Positions 51,133 through 61,588 of a DNA stretch of 64,000 nucleotides are shown here, one piece after another. Source of the DNA: a bacterium (GTDB lineage Bacteria; UBA8248; JACPRG01; G963555815); assembly GCA_965261595.1 (NCBI GenBank), contig CBDHDG010000004.1, positions 320,001 to 384,000 of the forward strand, in the 5' to 3' direction. The notes below the pieces were generated by a model that was given only the letters and a program-made list of their open reading frames with translations, was not told the DNA's origin and did not search any database. The translations under genes were made by a program, and so were the position numbers. The stretch's first letter is position 1, and every line of letters starts with the position of its first letter.

Positions 51133-52218
51133 GTGCCGCGGGAAAACGTGGACTTGCTCAAACTGGTGAAGGGCGGGGACATCATCCCCCGGTTCGTCTC
51201 GAACGGGTTCGATATCGGCGAGATCGAAGAGACGCTGGAAGGGATCCACCGCACGGAGGATTGGGCCCCGGAGTGGGCCCGGCTCGGAGAGAGGCACGCC
51301 GGATTGGCGGAAACGGCCCTTCGGGCGGGCCACGCCCTGACGGCCGGCGAAACGCTCATCCGCGCCTCCCTCTGCCACCACTACGCCCAGTTCCTGTCCT
51401 TCGAAGCGAACGAAGAGAAGCGCGGGAACCAGGAAAAGAAGATCGCCCTCTACACCCGGGCCCTCCCCCTGGTGGACCCCCCGATCGAGAAGGTTCGGAT
51501 CCCCTTCGAAGGCGTATCGCTGCCGGGATACTTCCGTGTTCCGCAAGCGGGGGCCCGGCCCCGCGCCTGCGTCGTCTTCATCGAGGGCACGGACTCCACC
51601 AAAGAGGAATCCTATTACATGGGCAACGAGTTTCTCCGCCGGGGGATGGCCACCCTCGCCTTCGACGGTCCCGGGCAGGGGGAGACCTTTTACTTCATGA
51701 AGATGCGGTCCGATTTCGAGAAGGCGGTCGAGGCGGCCATCGACTTCCTCGCGGGCCGGCCCGAGGTGGACGCCGCCCGGATCGGCGTCCTCGGCCGAAG
51801 CTTCGGGGGACACCTGGCGCCCCGCTCCGCCGCCCACGACTCCCGGATTCGGGCCTGCGTCTCGATGGGGGGATATTTCGACACGTCCTTCTACCGCTGG
51901 GAGGAGCCCCTGCGCCGCATCCGGTTCCAGTTCATCTGCGGCAAGGAAAGCCTAGAGGAGACGAAGGCCGTCGCCGCCCGATTCACGCTCTCGGGAAGGG
52001 CCGATCGGATCCAGTGTCCGGTCCTGGCCGTCCACGGAGAGCGGGACCACGGCGTGCCCAGGGAGCAGGCGGAAAAAATCGTCCGAGGCTGTGCGGGAGA
52101 GGCCACGCTGCTCTCCCTGCCCACCGGCAACCACGTCTGCCACAACATGACACGTTACATCTTCGCCCACGTGAGCGACTGGATGGCGGACCGGCTGGGA
52201 AAGGAAGCGGGAACATGA
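51133..52218 (+). CDS. Alpha/beta hydrolase, 2,6-dihydroxypseudooxynicotine hydrolase-like
   Basis: GTDSTKEE, FDGPGQGE, GRSFGG nucleophile elbow, HGERD, GNHVC. Confidence 0.85.
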   Translation: MPRENVDLLKLVKGGDIIPRFVSNGFDIGEIEETLEGIHRTEDWAPEWARLGERHAGLAETALRAGHALTAGETLIRASLCHHYAQFLSFEANEEKRGNQEKKIALYTRALPLVDPPIEKVRIPFEGVSLPGYFRVPQAGARPRACVVFIEGTDSTKEESYYMGNEFLRRGMATLAFDGPGQGETFYFMKMRSDFEKAVEAAIDFLAGRPEVDAARIGVLGRSFGGHLAPRSAAHDSRIRACVSMGGYFDTSFYRWEEPLRRIRFQFICGKESLEETKAVAARFTLSGRADRIQCPVLAVHGERDHGVPREQAEKIVRGCAGEATLLSLPTGNHVCHNMTRYIFAHVSDWMADRLGKEAGT

Positions 52219-53457
52219 GCGCGAGCGGCCCCGCCGATCGGGAGAAGACGCGGCCCGACGACGCCAATCCGGATCTCCCTCCCCGGTTCTCCGCGTCGGA
52301 ATACGGCCGGCGCTACACCCTCGTCCGCGAAGAAATGGACCGGCGGGGTCTGGCGGCTCTCATCCTGTTCGGGGATTCCGGCCACATCGGGGGATTTCAG
52401 ACCAACTGCCACTATCTGTCCAACTACATCGACCAGTTTTACAGCTACGTTGTCTTCCCGGCCGAAGGCGAGCCGACGCTTTTCTTCTGTCTCCAGCCGC
52501 ACGAGACAGGGGTCCGCCAATACTCGGTGATCGAGGACATCCGCTGGGGCGGGTGGGACATCGCGGCGGCCGTCGCCGGAAGGATCCGTGAATTGGGTGT
52601 TGACCGGAAGCGAATCGGCCTCGTGGGCGTGAGCAGTTTTCAGATCCGGTTCACCCTCCCCAGCGACCACATGGAGACCCTCGGAAAGGAGCTTCCCCAC
52701 GCGGACCTCGAGGTCGCGACGGACATCCTCGAAGAGATCCGCCTCATCAAGAGCGACGAGGAGCTCGACGCCATCCGGAAGGGGGCGGCCTTCTCCGACG
52801 CGGCCGTGCGCGCCCTGGAAGAAAACATCCGGCCGGGGATGCGAGAGGAGGAGTTGGAGGCGATTGTCGTGGACCGGGTGATCCGGGAAGGGGGGTTCCC
52901 TCACGTTCAGATGATCGGGTCCATGCCGATGGCCGACCCCGATCTGTTCTGCCCTCGGCCCCACCCCACGGGCCGCCGGCTGCAGAAAGGGGACATCATC
53001 TTCACCGAGATCAGCGCGAGCCACAAACCGGTACTCCGGCCAAATCGTCCGGGCCATCGTCCTGGGCGAGCCGACGAAGCGGATCCGGGAGTTGTTCGAC
53101 CTCGCCGCTTCGGTCCATGACGCGATTGCCGGGGTCCTCCGGCCGGGCGCGACCGAGCAGGACGTGATCGGCGCCCTCCAGCCCATCAAAGAGGCCGGGC
53201 TGATCATCCAATGCTCGGGCCTGCACGGCTGGGGTCAAACGCTAGGGCGGCCGACCATCGGCTTGCCCGGCGTCGGGCGCTGGGTGGAGGGGGGCATCGC
53301 CCCGTTCACCTTCCGCGCGAACATGACGATGATGATCGAGCCCAATCCCGTGACGCCGGACAAAAAGATGGGGATGTTCGTCGGGAACCTGCATCTTGTA
53401 ACAAACGGCGACGCCATAAACCTTCAGAAATACCCCCTGAAACTCATTTTCGTATAG
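52215..53457 (+). CDS. M24 family (creatinase-like) protein, frameshift near 53030
   Basis: FSASEYGRRY..VREEM, RLIKSDEEL, FTEISA; continues in ORF 53092-53457 (LHGWG, IEPNP); ATG overlaps the upstream stop. Confidence 0.82.
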
Positions 53458-53520
53458 CTCGAACGGAAGGGGACCTTTCCGGTTGGCAAGAGACGCGTGG
53501 TTGGACCCCTCGTCCGATCC

Positions 53521-55215
53521 CTAATGGGGCGGGGGCGAGAGCGGCGGCAGGCCGTAGCCTGTCTCTTGCGGGTCGGTTAAGACCTCCAACAGCCCTGGTT
53601 CACCCGTCGCAAGGGCCTCCTCAAGGGCGGCCCGAATCTCTTCGGGATCTTCAACCCGCCGGCCGGCCACGCCAAAACCTTCAGCGAGTCGGATGAAATC
53701 GAGATCGGGCGGGGTCAGGTCAACGCCAAGGTATTTAGCCGTCTTCGCCGCCCGGCCGTCGAGCCAGTGGAGGGGCGCCTTGACCGAGACGTAGCCCCGG
53801 TTATTAAAAACAACGGTAATCACCGGCAGCCCATAGCGGGCAACCGTCCAGAGCGCCTGGATGTTCATCACCAGGCTCCCGTCACCGCAGCAGGCGAACA
53901 CCCTGCGCTCGGGCCAGGCCAGTTGCATGCCGAGAGCTGCGTGGAGCCCCCAGCCGATGCACCCGCTCGACACCGAGAAGAAGGCCGGCTTCGGGAAGGT
54001 GAGAAAGGTCTCCAGATACCCCCGGCCGGTGATGCTATCGTCCACCACGACGCCGTCGGACCCTTTGACCGCGTCGATCTCCCGGACCAGGCGCCAGGGC
54101 TTAATGGGGCGGCTTCCGGACTCGTTCTCCAACTCCTTGCGCAGCTCGGCCCGTCGCGTTTGCTGTTCCTTCTCCAAGGAGCCTCGCCGGTTCTCGGCGA
54201 GCTTCCGCTCCGGGTCCGTGATGCGGCCCCTGAGAGCCGCCAGGAGGGCGCGGAGCCCGCTTCCGGCGTCGCCCAGCAGGGGGATGTCTACAGGATGCGT
54301 CTTTCCCAACTCAGCGGCGTCCTCGTGAATCTGAATGAGACGGACTCCTGCCGGCAGGGTCAGGCCGTGGGCGAAGTCGGCCTCCATAAAAAGGCGGGCC
54401 CCTACGCCCAAAAGGACGTCGGCCCGGCGGTAGAGGGACGATTCGCCATCGAAACGGCCGAAATAGAGCGGATGAGTCGTCGGGAAGCTCAGGAAGGCGT
54501 TCCAGGGCTCTGAGACGACCGGCGCCGCTAGGTGTTCGGCAACCTCGGCCAAGTCGTCCACAGCACGGGCCGTGAAGACGCCGCTGCCACACACGATGAG
54601 GGGCCTTTCGGCCGCGAGCAGGGTGACGGCGGCACGCTCGATGCTCTCCGGGTCGGGGGCGAAAGAGGCGGGCGGAGGATGGGCATCCGGAAGCGAGACC
54701 TCGCTCTCTTCCCGGAGCAGGTCCTTCGGAAGCGATAGGTAGACCGGCCCGCGCGGCGGAGTCATGGCAAGGCGCAGGGCCCGGTCCACTGCCTCGGCCA
54801 TGCGGTCGGCCCGGGGCACTTCCCAGGCCTGCTTGGTAAACTGCAGGACCACCTCCACCATGTCCGAGGTATCAGTGAAAGAACCGCGGCCCAGCAGCCG
54901 GGTATCCTGCTGGCCTGAGGCCACGACCACCGGGCTGCCGTCACGCCAGGCGTTGTAAAGCCCCCCCACCAGGTTGGAGGTGCCCGGAAGCATGTGCACC
55001 AAGACGAAGGCCGGCCGGCCGGAAGCGCGCGTGTAGCCGTCCGCCATGGAAACGAGGCTCCCCTCGTGGAGGGCCAGAATGAATTCAATCTGGGGGTGAT
55101 CCACGAGGGCGTCAACAATGTCCTGCACGCTCGAACCGGGGATGCCGAACACGTATTTCACCCCGTGCGCGAGGAGCGCCTGGACCACCGCTTGCCCGCC
55201 CGTGATGCGCGGCAT
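53521..55215 (-). CDS. ThDP-dependent enzyme (benzoylformate decarboxylase-like)
   Basis: FGIPGS, LHE..MADGY, GDGS...NN ThDP motif. Confidence 0.9.
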   Translation of the reverse strand: MPRITGGQAVVQALLAHGVKYVFGIPGSSVQDIVDALVDHPQIEFILALHEGSLVSMADGYTRASGRPAFVLVHMLPGTSNLVGGLYNAWRDGSPVVVASGQQDTRLLGRGSFTDTSDMVEVVLQFTKQAWEVPRADRMAEAVDRALRLAMTPPRGPVYLSLPKDLLREESEVSLPDAHPPPASFAPDPESIERAAVTLLAAERPLIVCGSGVFTARAVDDLAEVAEHLAAPVVSEPWNAFLSFPTTHPLYFGRFDGESSLYRRADVLLGVGARLFMEADFAHGLTLPAGVRLIQIHEDAAELGKTHPVDIPLLGDAGSGLRALLAALRGRITDPERKLAENRRGSLEKEQQTRRAELRKELENESGSRPIKPWRLVREIDAVKGSDGVVVDDSITGRGYLETFLTFPKPAFFSVSSGCIGWGLHAALGMQLAWPERRVFACCGDGSLVMNIQALWTVARYGLPVITVVFNNRGYVSVKAPLHWLDGRAAKTAKYLGVDLTPPDLDFIRLAEGFGVAGRRVEDPEEIRAALEEALATGEPGLLEVLTDPQETGYGLPPLSPPPH

Positions 55216-55260
55216 GATTCCCTCCCAACTCGACTTGGCTTGTCCGGAATCCCTGCGTGC

Positions 55261-56379
55261 TCAACCCGCGGATTCGGTGAGCCGATCCACCAGCCAGTCG
55301 AACATGTAAGGATAAACCTGGGAGGTGTTGTCCATATTGCAGTGGGCCGCACCCCCTTCATCGGGGCTCCACATCCTCAGCTCTTTCGGTCCGCGGGCGC
55401 CATCATAAGTCTTTTGGGCCGACTCGGGTGCGACGATGTAGTCCTCTTCTCCGTGGACGACGAGCAGAGGGCAGGTGAGACGTTCGATCACACCATCCAG
55501 CGTAAACTCTTTCAGTATCTTCCGTGCCTCTTCCGGCCCCTTGGCCCCCACCAGCCATTCCATCTGGCCCTGAATGGGAGGGAAGAAGTCATAGAGGTCC
55601 GGGAGTAGGTCGAAGCAGGCGCCGTAAGCGACGCAGGCCTTGACGCGGGGGTCGAAGACCGCGCCCCTCGGGGCGTAATATCCCCCCATGCTGACGCCGA
55701 TGAGGCCGATGCGGTCCGGGTCAACCTCCGGACGGGCCACCAGGTAATCGACCGCCGCCTTGGTTGCCACCTCGTAGTCGGGCCGGCTGGGGATGCCGTG
55801 AAGGCGAAGCGTCTCTCCTTGGCCGGGGCCATCGACGGTGAGGCAGGCCATGCCCCGTTTCAAAGCCTCCTGGGCCCCGAGGAAGTAAAGCTCCTCGGCG
55901 TTGGAGTCGGCTCCGCCGAAGTAAACCAAGGCCGGGGTCTTGCCCGCAACGCCGGACCGGTTGGGAAAGAAGTACCCGTGCAGGCTCGTGTCTTCGTAAG
56001 GGACGCGGACAGCCTCGAGGGGCGGGCTGAAATACCGGCCGGCTTTCTGGAAACATTCCGTCCCGCGCAGATAGGTCGGCGTCTTGCGCTCGTCCGCCGG
56101 CTCGATCATGAACTCGGCGGCCCTGTAGTACGAGCAAGCGCGGAGGTGGAAGTCGTGGGCCGTGGCGGTATGGGACTGAGCCTCGGCCTCGCCAGCCAGT
56201 TGCTCCAGCCTTTCGGCCTCGCGGCGCCATTCCGTGTACCAGTCCTCTTCATTCCCTTCCCGCATTCGCCGGCAGACGCGGTGGCACTCGTTGAAATCCG
56301 CCGCCCCTTGCGGGGCCTCGCCCACGAGTCGCATGAAATAGGAAGACCAGTTCCGGTTCTCGGGAAAGTACATGAACAT
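55261..56379 (-). CDS. Alpha/beta hydrolase (DHPON-hydrolase/FrsA-like)
   Basis: GGADSNAEE, DGPGQG, GVSMGG, HGEED, AAHC. Confidence 0.85.
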   Translation of the reverse strand: MFMYFPENRNWSSYFMRLVGEAPQGAADFNECHRVCRRMREGNEEDWYTEWRREAERLEQLAGEAEAQSHTATAHDFHLRACSYYRAAEFMIEPADERKTPTYLRGTECFQKAGRYFSPPLEAVRVPYEDTSLHGYFFPNRSGVAGKTPALVYFGGADSNAEELYFLGAQEALKRGMACLTVDGPGQGETLRLHGIPSRPDYEVATKAAVDYLVARPEVDPDRIGLIGVSMGGYYAPRGAVFDPRVKACVAYGACFDLLPDLYDFFPPIQGQMEWLVGAKGPEEARKILKEFTLDGVIERLTCPLLVVHGEEDYIVAPESAQKTYDGARGPKELRMWSPDEGGAAHCNMDNTSQVYPYMFDWLVDRLTESAG

Positions 56380-56524
56380 CCTTTCCACCTCCATGCATTT
56401 TTGTCAGAGCTTCCCAAAATATTTGCCGGCCAGTGCGGATCAAAAGACCGTTTCGTTTAACCTCCCAGGAAGTGGTAATATTATACACTATACTTTTGGC
56501 GCCACATAAAACTGCCGACTCCAG

Positions 56525-57604
56525 GTGAAGACCGTGGAATCCTTGTGGGATCTGATGGAGGGCGCTCGAAATTGCGTGCGGGGCTATACCTGCGTCGAGC
56601 CGGGGGAAAAGGTTCTCCTCTGGACCGATCGCTCCGCCGAGGTCGATTCCCGGGTGGTCGAGGCCTTCGGTGTGGCTGTGGAGGAGGTTGGAGCCGAGGC
56701 AATTCTCCTCGTCTCCAGGTCGGTCGTCCATCGCCTGAAGGAGCCTCTCCAGGGGCCCGTCCTCGCCGCGATGCGGGACGCCGATGTCGTCCTGAGCTTT
56801 CAGCGGCTTGAGAACGCAGCCACGATCCATAATGACGATCTGTCCGGCCTCCTCTTCTCAACGCCCCTGCGAAATACGGCCATCATCAGCCTGACGCCCG
56901 AGCTCGTGGCCTCGGCCTGGGCGCGGTTTCCCGCAGATCTCCTTTTCGCCCTCTACAAGAAAGTCCGCCAACAGGCCCTCTCCTCGGGGACGGACGTTTT
57001 CCGCCTGACCGATTCCCACGGATCGGACCTCACAGGCCGCATCCCCTACTGTTATGGTTTCAAGTACGTCGATCCACCGAAGAAATGGCAGTTCTTCCCC
57101 GGCGGGGAAATGGCCGAGCTTCCGGAGCCGCCCGTCGATGGTCAGTTGGTCTTTGAACAACTGGAAGGGTACGAGGGTTTCCTGACGGAGCCCATCCGCT
57201 TCACCATCGAAGGCCAGCGCGTAACCCGTGTCGAGGGGGGAGAGGAGGCCCGCTGGTTCAAGGAGCAGATGGATCGCTACGAGAATGGGAACTTCTTCTG
57301 CGAGATCGCCATCGGCATCAACCCGAAGGCCCCGGTCTCCGTAGGGCTGAAGACAAGGGCCATGGACACCATCGCCCACCGGCACTCGGGGACCTTCCAC
57401 TGCGCCGTAGGCAAATGGGGCACTCCGGACGTGGAGGTGCCGAGCAAATGGCATTGGGACGGCGGCGGTCTCCGCCCAACCCTGATGATGGGCGAGGCTG
57501 TGCTTGTCCAAGGAGGAAGGCTGACGGCTCTCGATGACCCGGAAATTCGGGATCTAGCTTCCAGATACGGTCACCCGGACGACGTGCTGGCCGAGGTATG
57601 GTGA
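56525..57604 (+). CDS. M29 aminopeptidase / NicX (2,5-dihydroxypyridine dioxygenase)-like fold protein
   Basis: VEPGEKVLL.TD N-terminus, FPGGE, EIAIGINPKA, GTFHCAVG..HWD. Confidence 0.6.
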   Translation: MKTVESLWDLMEGARNCVRGYTCVEPGEKVLLWTDRSAEVDSRVVEAFGVAVEEVGAEAILLVSRSVVHRLKEPLQGPVLAAMRDADVVLSFQRLENAATIHNDDLSGLLFSTPLRNTAIISLTPELVASAWARFPADLLFALYKKVRQQALSSGTDVFRLTDSHGSDLTGRIPYCYGFKYVDPPKKWQFFPGGEMAELPEPPVDGQLVFEQLEGYEGFLTEPIRFTIEGQRVTRVEGGEEARWFKEQMDRYENGNFFCEIAIGINPKAPVSVGLKTRAMDTIAHRHSGTFHCAVGKWGTPDVEVPSKWHWDGGGLRPTLMMGEAVLVQGGRLTALDDPEIRDLASRYGHPDDVLAEVW

Positions 57605-57644
57605 AGTGTCATAGAAGTGTTTCCATGAGAGGGGGGAGAGCAAG

Positions 57645-58657
57645 ATGAAAAAGAATTGGACAAATGATTATCGGGTTCATCCTGGTGGGCATCTTTTTGG
57701 CCGGTGTCCCGGCGATCGTCACGGCCGAGAAAGTGAAATACAACCTCGGCTGGATCCCCTATGGCCTCCACGTGGGCTTCTTTGGCAGCCTTGGGGAGGG
57801 TTTTTACAAGAAATATAACATCGATGTGGAGTGGCAGAGAGGGTACGGGGCTCCCGACACCGCGAAGCGGGTGGCGGTGGGTCAATTCCAGCTCGGCAGA
57901 TCCGACATCTCCAACGTTGCCCTCGGTCGGGCCCGGGGGCTGAACCTGAAATCCATCGCCCAGTTCGTGACCCTTTCTTTCTCCCCACGCGATCCTCACG
58001 TTCAAGGGCTCGGGCATCCGGCACCCGAGGGATCTCAACGGCCGGACGGTCTCCACGGCCCCCCGGGCAATCGTCGACCAGACCTTCCCGGTGCTTGCCA
58101 AGAGATGGGGGATCAAGGTCGGGAAATGGATCTATGTGGAACCCCGGGGGATGAACGCGACCCTCCTGTCGGGGAAGTCCGAAGCCCTCCTCGCCTTCGG
58201 CATCTACCACAATATCCTGAACCGAGTGGCCAAAAAAATAGGGAAAGAGGTCCGCATCATGTGGTGGAGCGACTACGGCTTTGAGATGTTGGGGGAATCC
58301 CTCGTGACGACGGACGAGTTCATCCGGGAGAAGCCGGATCTGCTCCGCCGGTTTGTCCGGGCGACGTTCGAGGGCGTCGCCTGGGCCATCGAGAACCCGC
58401 TGCAGGCCGCAAGGCATCTGGAAAAGGCTGTCCCGACATCTAAGCCCGCCATCGAGGTGGTTCAGTGGAGGGTGACCATCGGGCGGATCCTGGCGCCGGG
58501 GATCCTGAAAAATGGGCTGGGGCAGCATGACTTCAAAAAAGTTGCGATCACCCGGGATCTCGCTTTCGACATCAACAACATTGAGAAGAAAATCCCGGTC
58601 GAGGCGATTGCGACCAACGCCTTCCTTCCGCCGAAACCCATTTTCCCCAAGAGGTGA
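57645..58657 (+). CDS. ABC substrate-binding protein, NMT1/THI5-like, with frameshifts near 57650 and 57980
   Basis: YNLGW..YGLH, GFYKKYNIDV, RGYG in 57664-58284; WSDYG, FVRAT..G, ATNAFLP in 58091-58657. Confidence 0.8.
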
Positions 58658-58680
58658 AAGGGGGCGTAGAATAGGCATTC

Positions 58681-58711
58681 CGGAGGCCGCTGGAGCTTCC
58701 AGCGGCCTCCG
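58681..58711. repeat. Perfect 14-bp-stem hairpin between the SBP gene and the next RBS
   Basis: cggaggccgctgga-gct-tccagcggcctccg. Confidence 0.8.
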
Positions 58712-58726
58712 TGGAGGAGTCTGTGC

Positions 58727-58960
58727 ATGTACGGATGGCGCGCATTGATCGGCATCATCCGACCCAGCGAGGATCCTTTTTGGGAAGAGGAATTCAGGAT
58801 GGCGGCGCCGGAAGGGGTCGCCTGAACATGACGATGATGATCGAGCCCAATCCCGTGACGCCGGACCGGAAGACGGGGATGTTCGTCGGCAACCTCCACT
58901 GGGTCACGAAGGACGGCAAGGTCAACCTTCAGGCGTATCCGCTGAAACTGATTGTTGTTT
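58727..58960 (+). pseudogene. Deletion scar: N-terminus of a maleate isomerase / Asp-Glu racemase-family gene joined to the C-terminus of an M24 gene
   Basis: GGAGGAG RBS then MYGWRALIGIIRPS....EEEFRMAAPEGVA* (58727-58825), immediately followed by NMTMMIEPNPVTPD..GMFVGNLH..NLQAYPLKL, matching 53320-53457. Confidence 0.75.
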
Positions 58961-59339
58961 GGTGTCTTGTTCGGTCATCCGTTGATAAAGTCGGCGCGCC
59001 CCATCGAGGCGGCTGTTTCCGTGTTGGTGGGGCGGGCATCTTGCCGCCATGCTTCGGCTGGTGCGCACGTCCCGGTTGGCGCCTTTCCGGTGAGCCGGCC
59101 GACGGCCGCCCTGAACCTTGTGTGAGGAGGTGGCTCGAAATCTCGCTTCCCTTGAATCTTTTCCCCAAAGGTCAAAAACAAAAAGGTTCGAGCCCGAGCG
59201 GATTCCTCACATTCTTCAGAGAGGAATAGCACAATGACGGGCCTTTACGCCTTCCATCATTCTCCCCTCCCCCTGATGGAGTTTTTTCAGCAAGCTGGTC
59301 TCTCGTCAGGACGATCCCATCGTTGAAGGAAGAATCCCG

Positions 59340-60345
59340 ATGAAGCTCATCACCTTCGAAATCGAAACCCCCCTGGGACCGGTCCGGCGCGTCGGGGCGC
59401 TTTGGGACCAGCCGGAAGGGGGGGGCGAAGAGCGCGCCGTGGACCTCGCCCTCGCATTCGCGGCCCGGCTCCGCGCCGAGGGGGACGAGCCGCGCTACCG
59501 GGAATATGCCGACTTCCGCCTGCCCCAGGATATGTGCGCGCTCATCGCGGGGGGCGAGCCCTCCCTCGACGCCGCCCGGAGGGCGATCGAATACGTCGCG
59601 GAGGGGGGGGAGGAAGCCGAGGGTCCATCGGGCGAACGGATATCGTCCACCCGCCCGCCCAGGTCCGTCTTCTCGCCCCGGTCCCGCGTCCGGCGAGCTT
59701 CCGGGACTTCCTCACATTCGAGCGGCACAGGGCGGACGCCGCCCGGCGGCGCGGCGAGGAGATCGACCCCCTCTGGTACGAGATGCCCACGTGCTACAAG
59801 GGCAACCGGCTCACGATCATCGGGCCCGGCGAGGACCTCCGCTGGCCGCGCTACACCGAAAAGCTCGACTACGAGCTCGAGCTCGGCATGTTCATCGGAA
59901 AGCCCGGCCGGGACATTGCCGAGGCGGACGCGATGGACCACGTCTTCGGCTTCTCGGTCCTCAACGACTTCAGCGCCCGCGACATCCAGATGGAGGAAAT
60001 GTCCCTGTGGCTCGGCCCCCACAAGGGAAAAGACTTCGGCTCGGCCCTCGGCCCCTGTCTGGTCACAAAGGACGCGTTCAACCCGGCGGACGCCCGGATG
60101 ACGGCCCGGGTGAACGGCGAGGCGTGGAGCCGGGGCAACGCGGGGGAGATGCACTTCTCCTGGAGCAAGCTGATCGCCTACGCCTCGAAGGAGGAGGAGC
60201 TGCTCCCGGGCGAGCTTTTCGGCTCGGGAACGGTGGGGACGGGGTGCGGGGCCGACCTCGACAGGTGGCTCAAGCCCGGCGACGTCTCGAGCTCGAAATC
60301 GAAGGCATCGGCGTCCTGCGAAACCGGGTGGTGAAGGGAGAGTAG
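59340..60345 (+). CDS. Fumarylacetoacetate hydrolase family protein, frameshifts near 59645 and 60285
   Basis: LLAPVPRPASFRDFLTFERH, LDYELELG, NDFSARDIQ, GKDF, GSGTVG.GC, LEIEGIG.LRN. Confidence 0.85.
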
Positions 60346-60349
60346 CCTG

Positions 60350-60375
60350 GGGGGACATTTTGAAAACTGTCCCCC
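60350..60375. terminator. Hairpin after the FAH gene
   Basis: gggggaca-ttttgaaaac-tgtccccc; no U-tract follows. Confidence 0.35.
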
Positions 60376-60513
60376 GGAATGAACCTATCGAGGGCGGGAG
60401 GTTCCGGCTTTTCAAACTCCCATAGGGAGCAAAAGTCATGATCCGGGCAACGCCCGGCCGTTCGTCATATCGTTCAGCCGTTTGCCTTGGTGACAAACAA
60501 AGGGAGATTGATA

Positions 60514-60981
60514 ATGGACGAGGAAGACGCCACCCGGTTTTCCGGAAGCGAGTCGGATCGCAAACGGCTTCTGGAGCTTCACCGGCAATATCTCGATTCA
60601 AACCTCACGTTGGATACCGAGGCCCTGCGCGGGGTCTGGAGCGGGAACCCCGATTGCGTCTTTTTCAACGGCAACGGCTACACCTACCATGGCCTCGCGC
60701 ATTGGACAAAGCTCTGGGACTTTTACCGCGACCAGGTCAAGACCGCCGAGCCCTGGCGGTCCACGGACGTAAGGCTTACGGGCGGAGGGGACATGGCCCT
60801 CCTTACGTGCGAGCGGACGTGCAAAGTGGACTGGACGGGCGAGGGGGCGGCCGCCGATTTCACGGGCAAAGTGTGGAAGACCCGCTCCACGGAGGTGTAC
60901 GTCCGAGAGAACGGGGACTGGCGGTGCGTACATCTACACATTTCGACAGCCGCCGAAGGCCCCCGGCCCGGAGGGATCTGA
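60514..60981 (+). CDS. NTF2/SnoaL-like domain protein
   Basis: LLELHRQYLDSN..LD..AL, RSTEVYVRENGDWRCVHLHIS. Confidence 0.8.
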   Translation: MDEEDATRFSGSESDRKRLLELHRQYLDSNLTLDTEALRGVWSGNPDCVFFNGNGYTYHGLAHWTKLWDFYRDQVKTAEPWRSTDVRLTGGGDMALLTCERTCKVDWTGEGAAADFTGKVWKTRSTEVYVRENGDWRCVHLHISTAAEGPRPGGI

Positions 60982-60988
60982 ACGGATG

Positions 60989-61075
60989 TTTTATCCGCAG
61001 ATTTCGCAGATGGAAAAATCAACGCGAAGCTTTTGAAACTTTTTCTATGTCTTTCCTTCTGTGCAATCTGTGGAT
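60989..61075. repeat. Second copy of the AATCTGTG-type inverted-repeat element
   Basis: ttttatccgcagatttcgcaga ... tctgtgcaatctgtggat. Confidence 0.7.
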
Positions 61076-61303
61076 TCCTCCAAAGAAGTCGTAGGGGCCG
61101 GTTCAAGCCTGCCCTCTGCGAAGGCAGGGGGTCCCGGCCCGTTCCTTGCGGGTGAGCAAGTGCTTGGAGATTTCTTCATTCCCCTTCTTCCGGCCATGAC
61201 TGTTGTGCTATTGTCGTTGTTGGACATTTGACCACTATCGAAGACAAGATCGTGTGACTATGCAGTCCGAAGTATTGTCGGATGTTGAGGCCAAGGTGGG
61301 AGG

Positions 61304-61588
61304 ATGAGCATTGAGTCGCCGGATACATGGGTCATTACGGATCATGCCCGGTTTGCCATGCGGCATCGCTCAATTACGGAAGAGGAAGTGACAAGGGTCC
61401 TGTCGGACCCTGAGCAGAGCGAGGACATTGGTGGAGGACGATGGATTTACCAGTTGCGCCTGGAATCGGGCCTGCAAGGCAAGACCTATCTCTTCAGGGT
61501 GTTCGTTGACGTGAACCATTCTCCACCGCGGGTGATTACCGTTTACCGGACCAGCAAGATCAGAAGGTATTTGAGGGAAGAGCCATGA
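61304..61588 (+). CDS. DUF4258-like putative toxin (RelE/BrnT-like fold)
   Basis: ITDHARFAMRHRSIT..V..VL..P, RVFV..VITVY; its stop overlaps the next ATG (ATGA). Confidence 0.75.
   Translation: MSIESPDTWVITDHARFAMRHRSITEEEVTRVLSDPEQSEDIGGGRWIYQLRLESGLQGKTYLFRVFVDVNHSPPRVITVYRTSKIRRYLREEP

Noticed and set aside
58823..58825. Third Sec codon at the TGA after ..APEGVA
   Set aside because: The homologous sequence downstream is in another frame and from another family; it is a deletion junction.
7510..60345. Many single-base frameshifts (TDO 8432, oxidoreductase 23890, M24 29496 and 53030, SBP 57650/57980, FAH 59645/60285) as programmed frameshifting or mass pseudogenisation
   Set aside because: Several sit in or beside short homopolymers, the genes are otherwise intact, and no shared slippery site with a stimulator is seen; long-read consensus error is the simpler explanation. 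Reads are needed to confirm.
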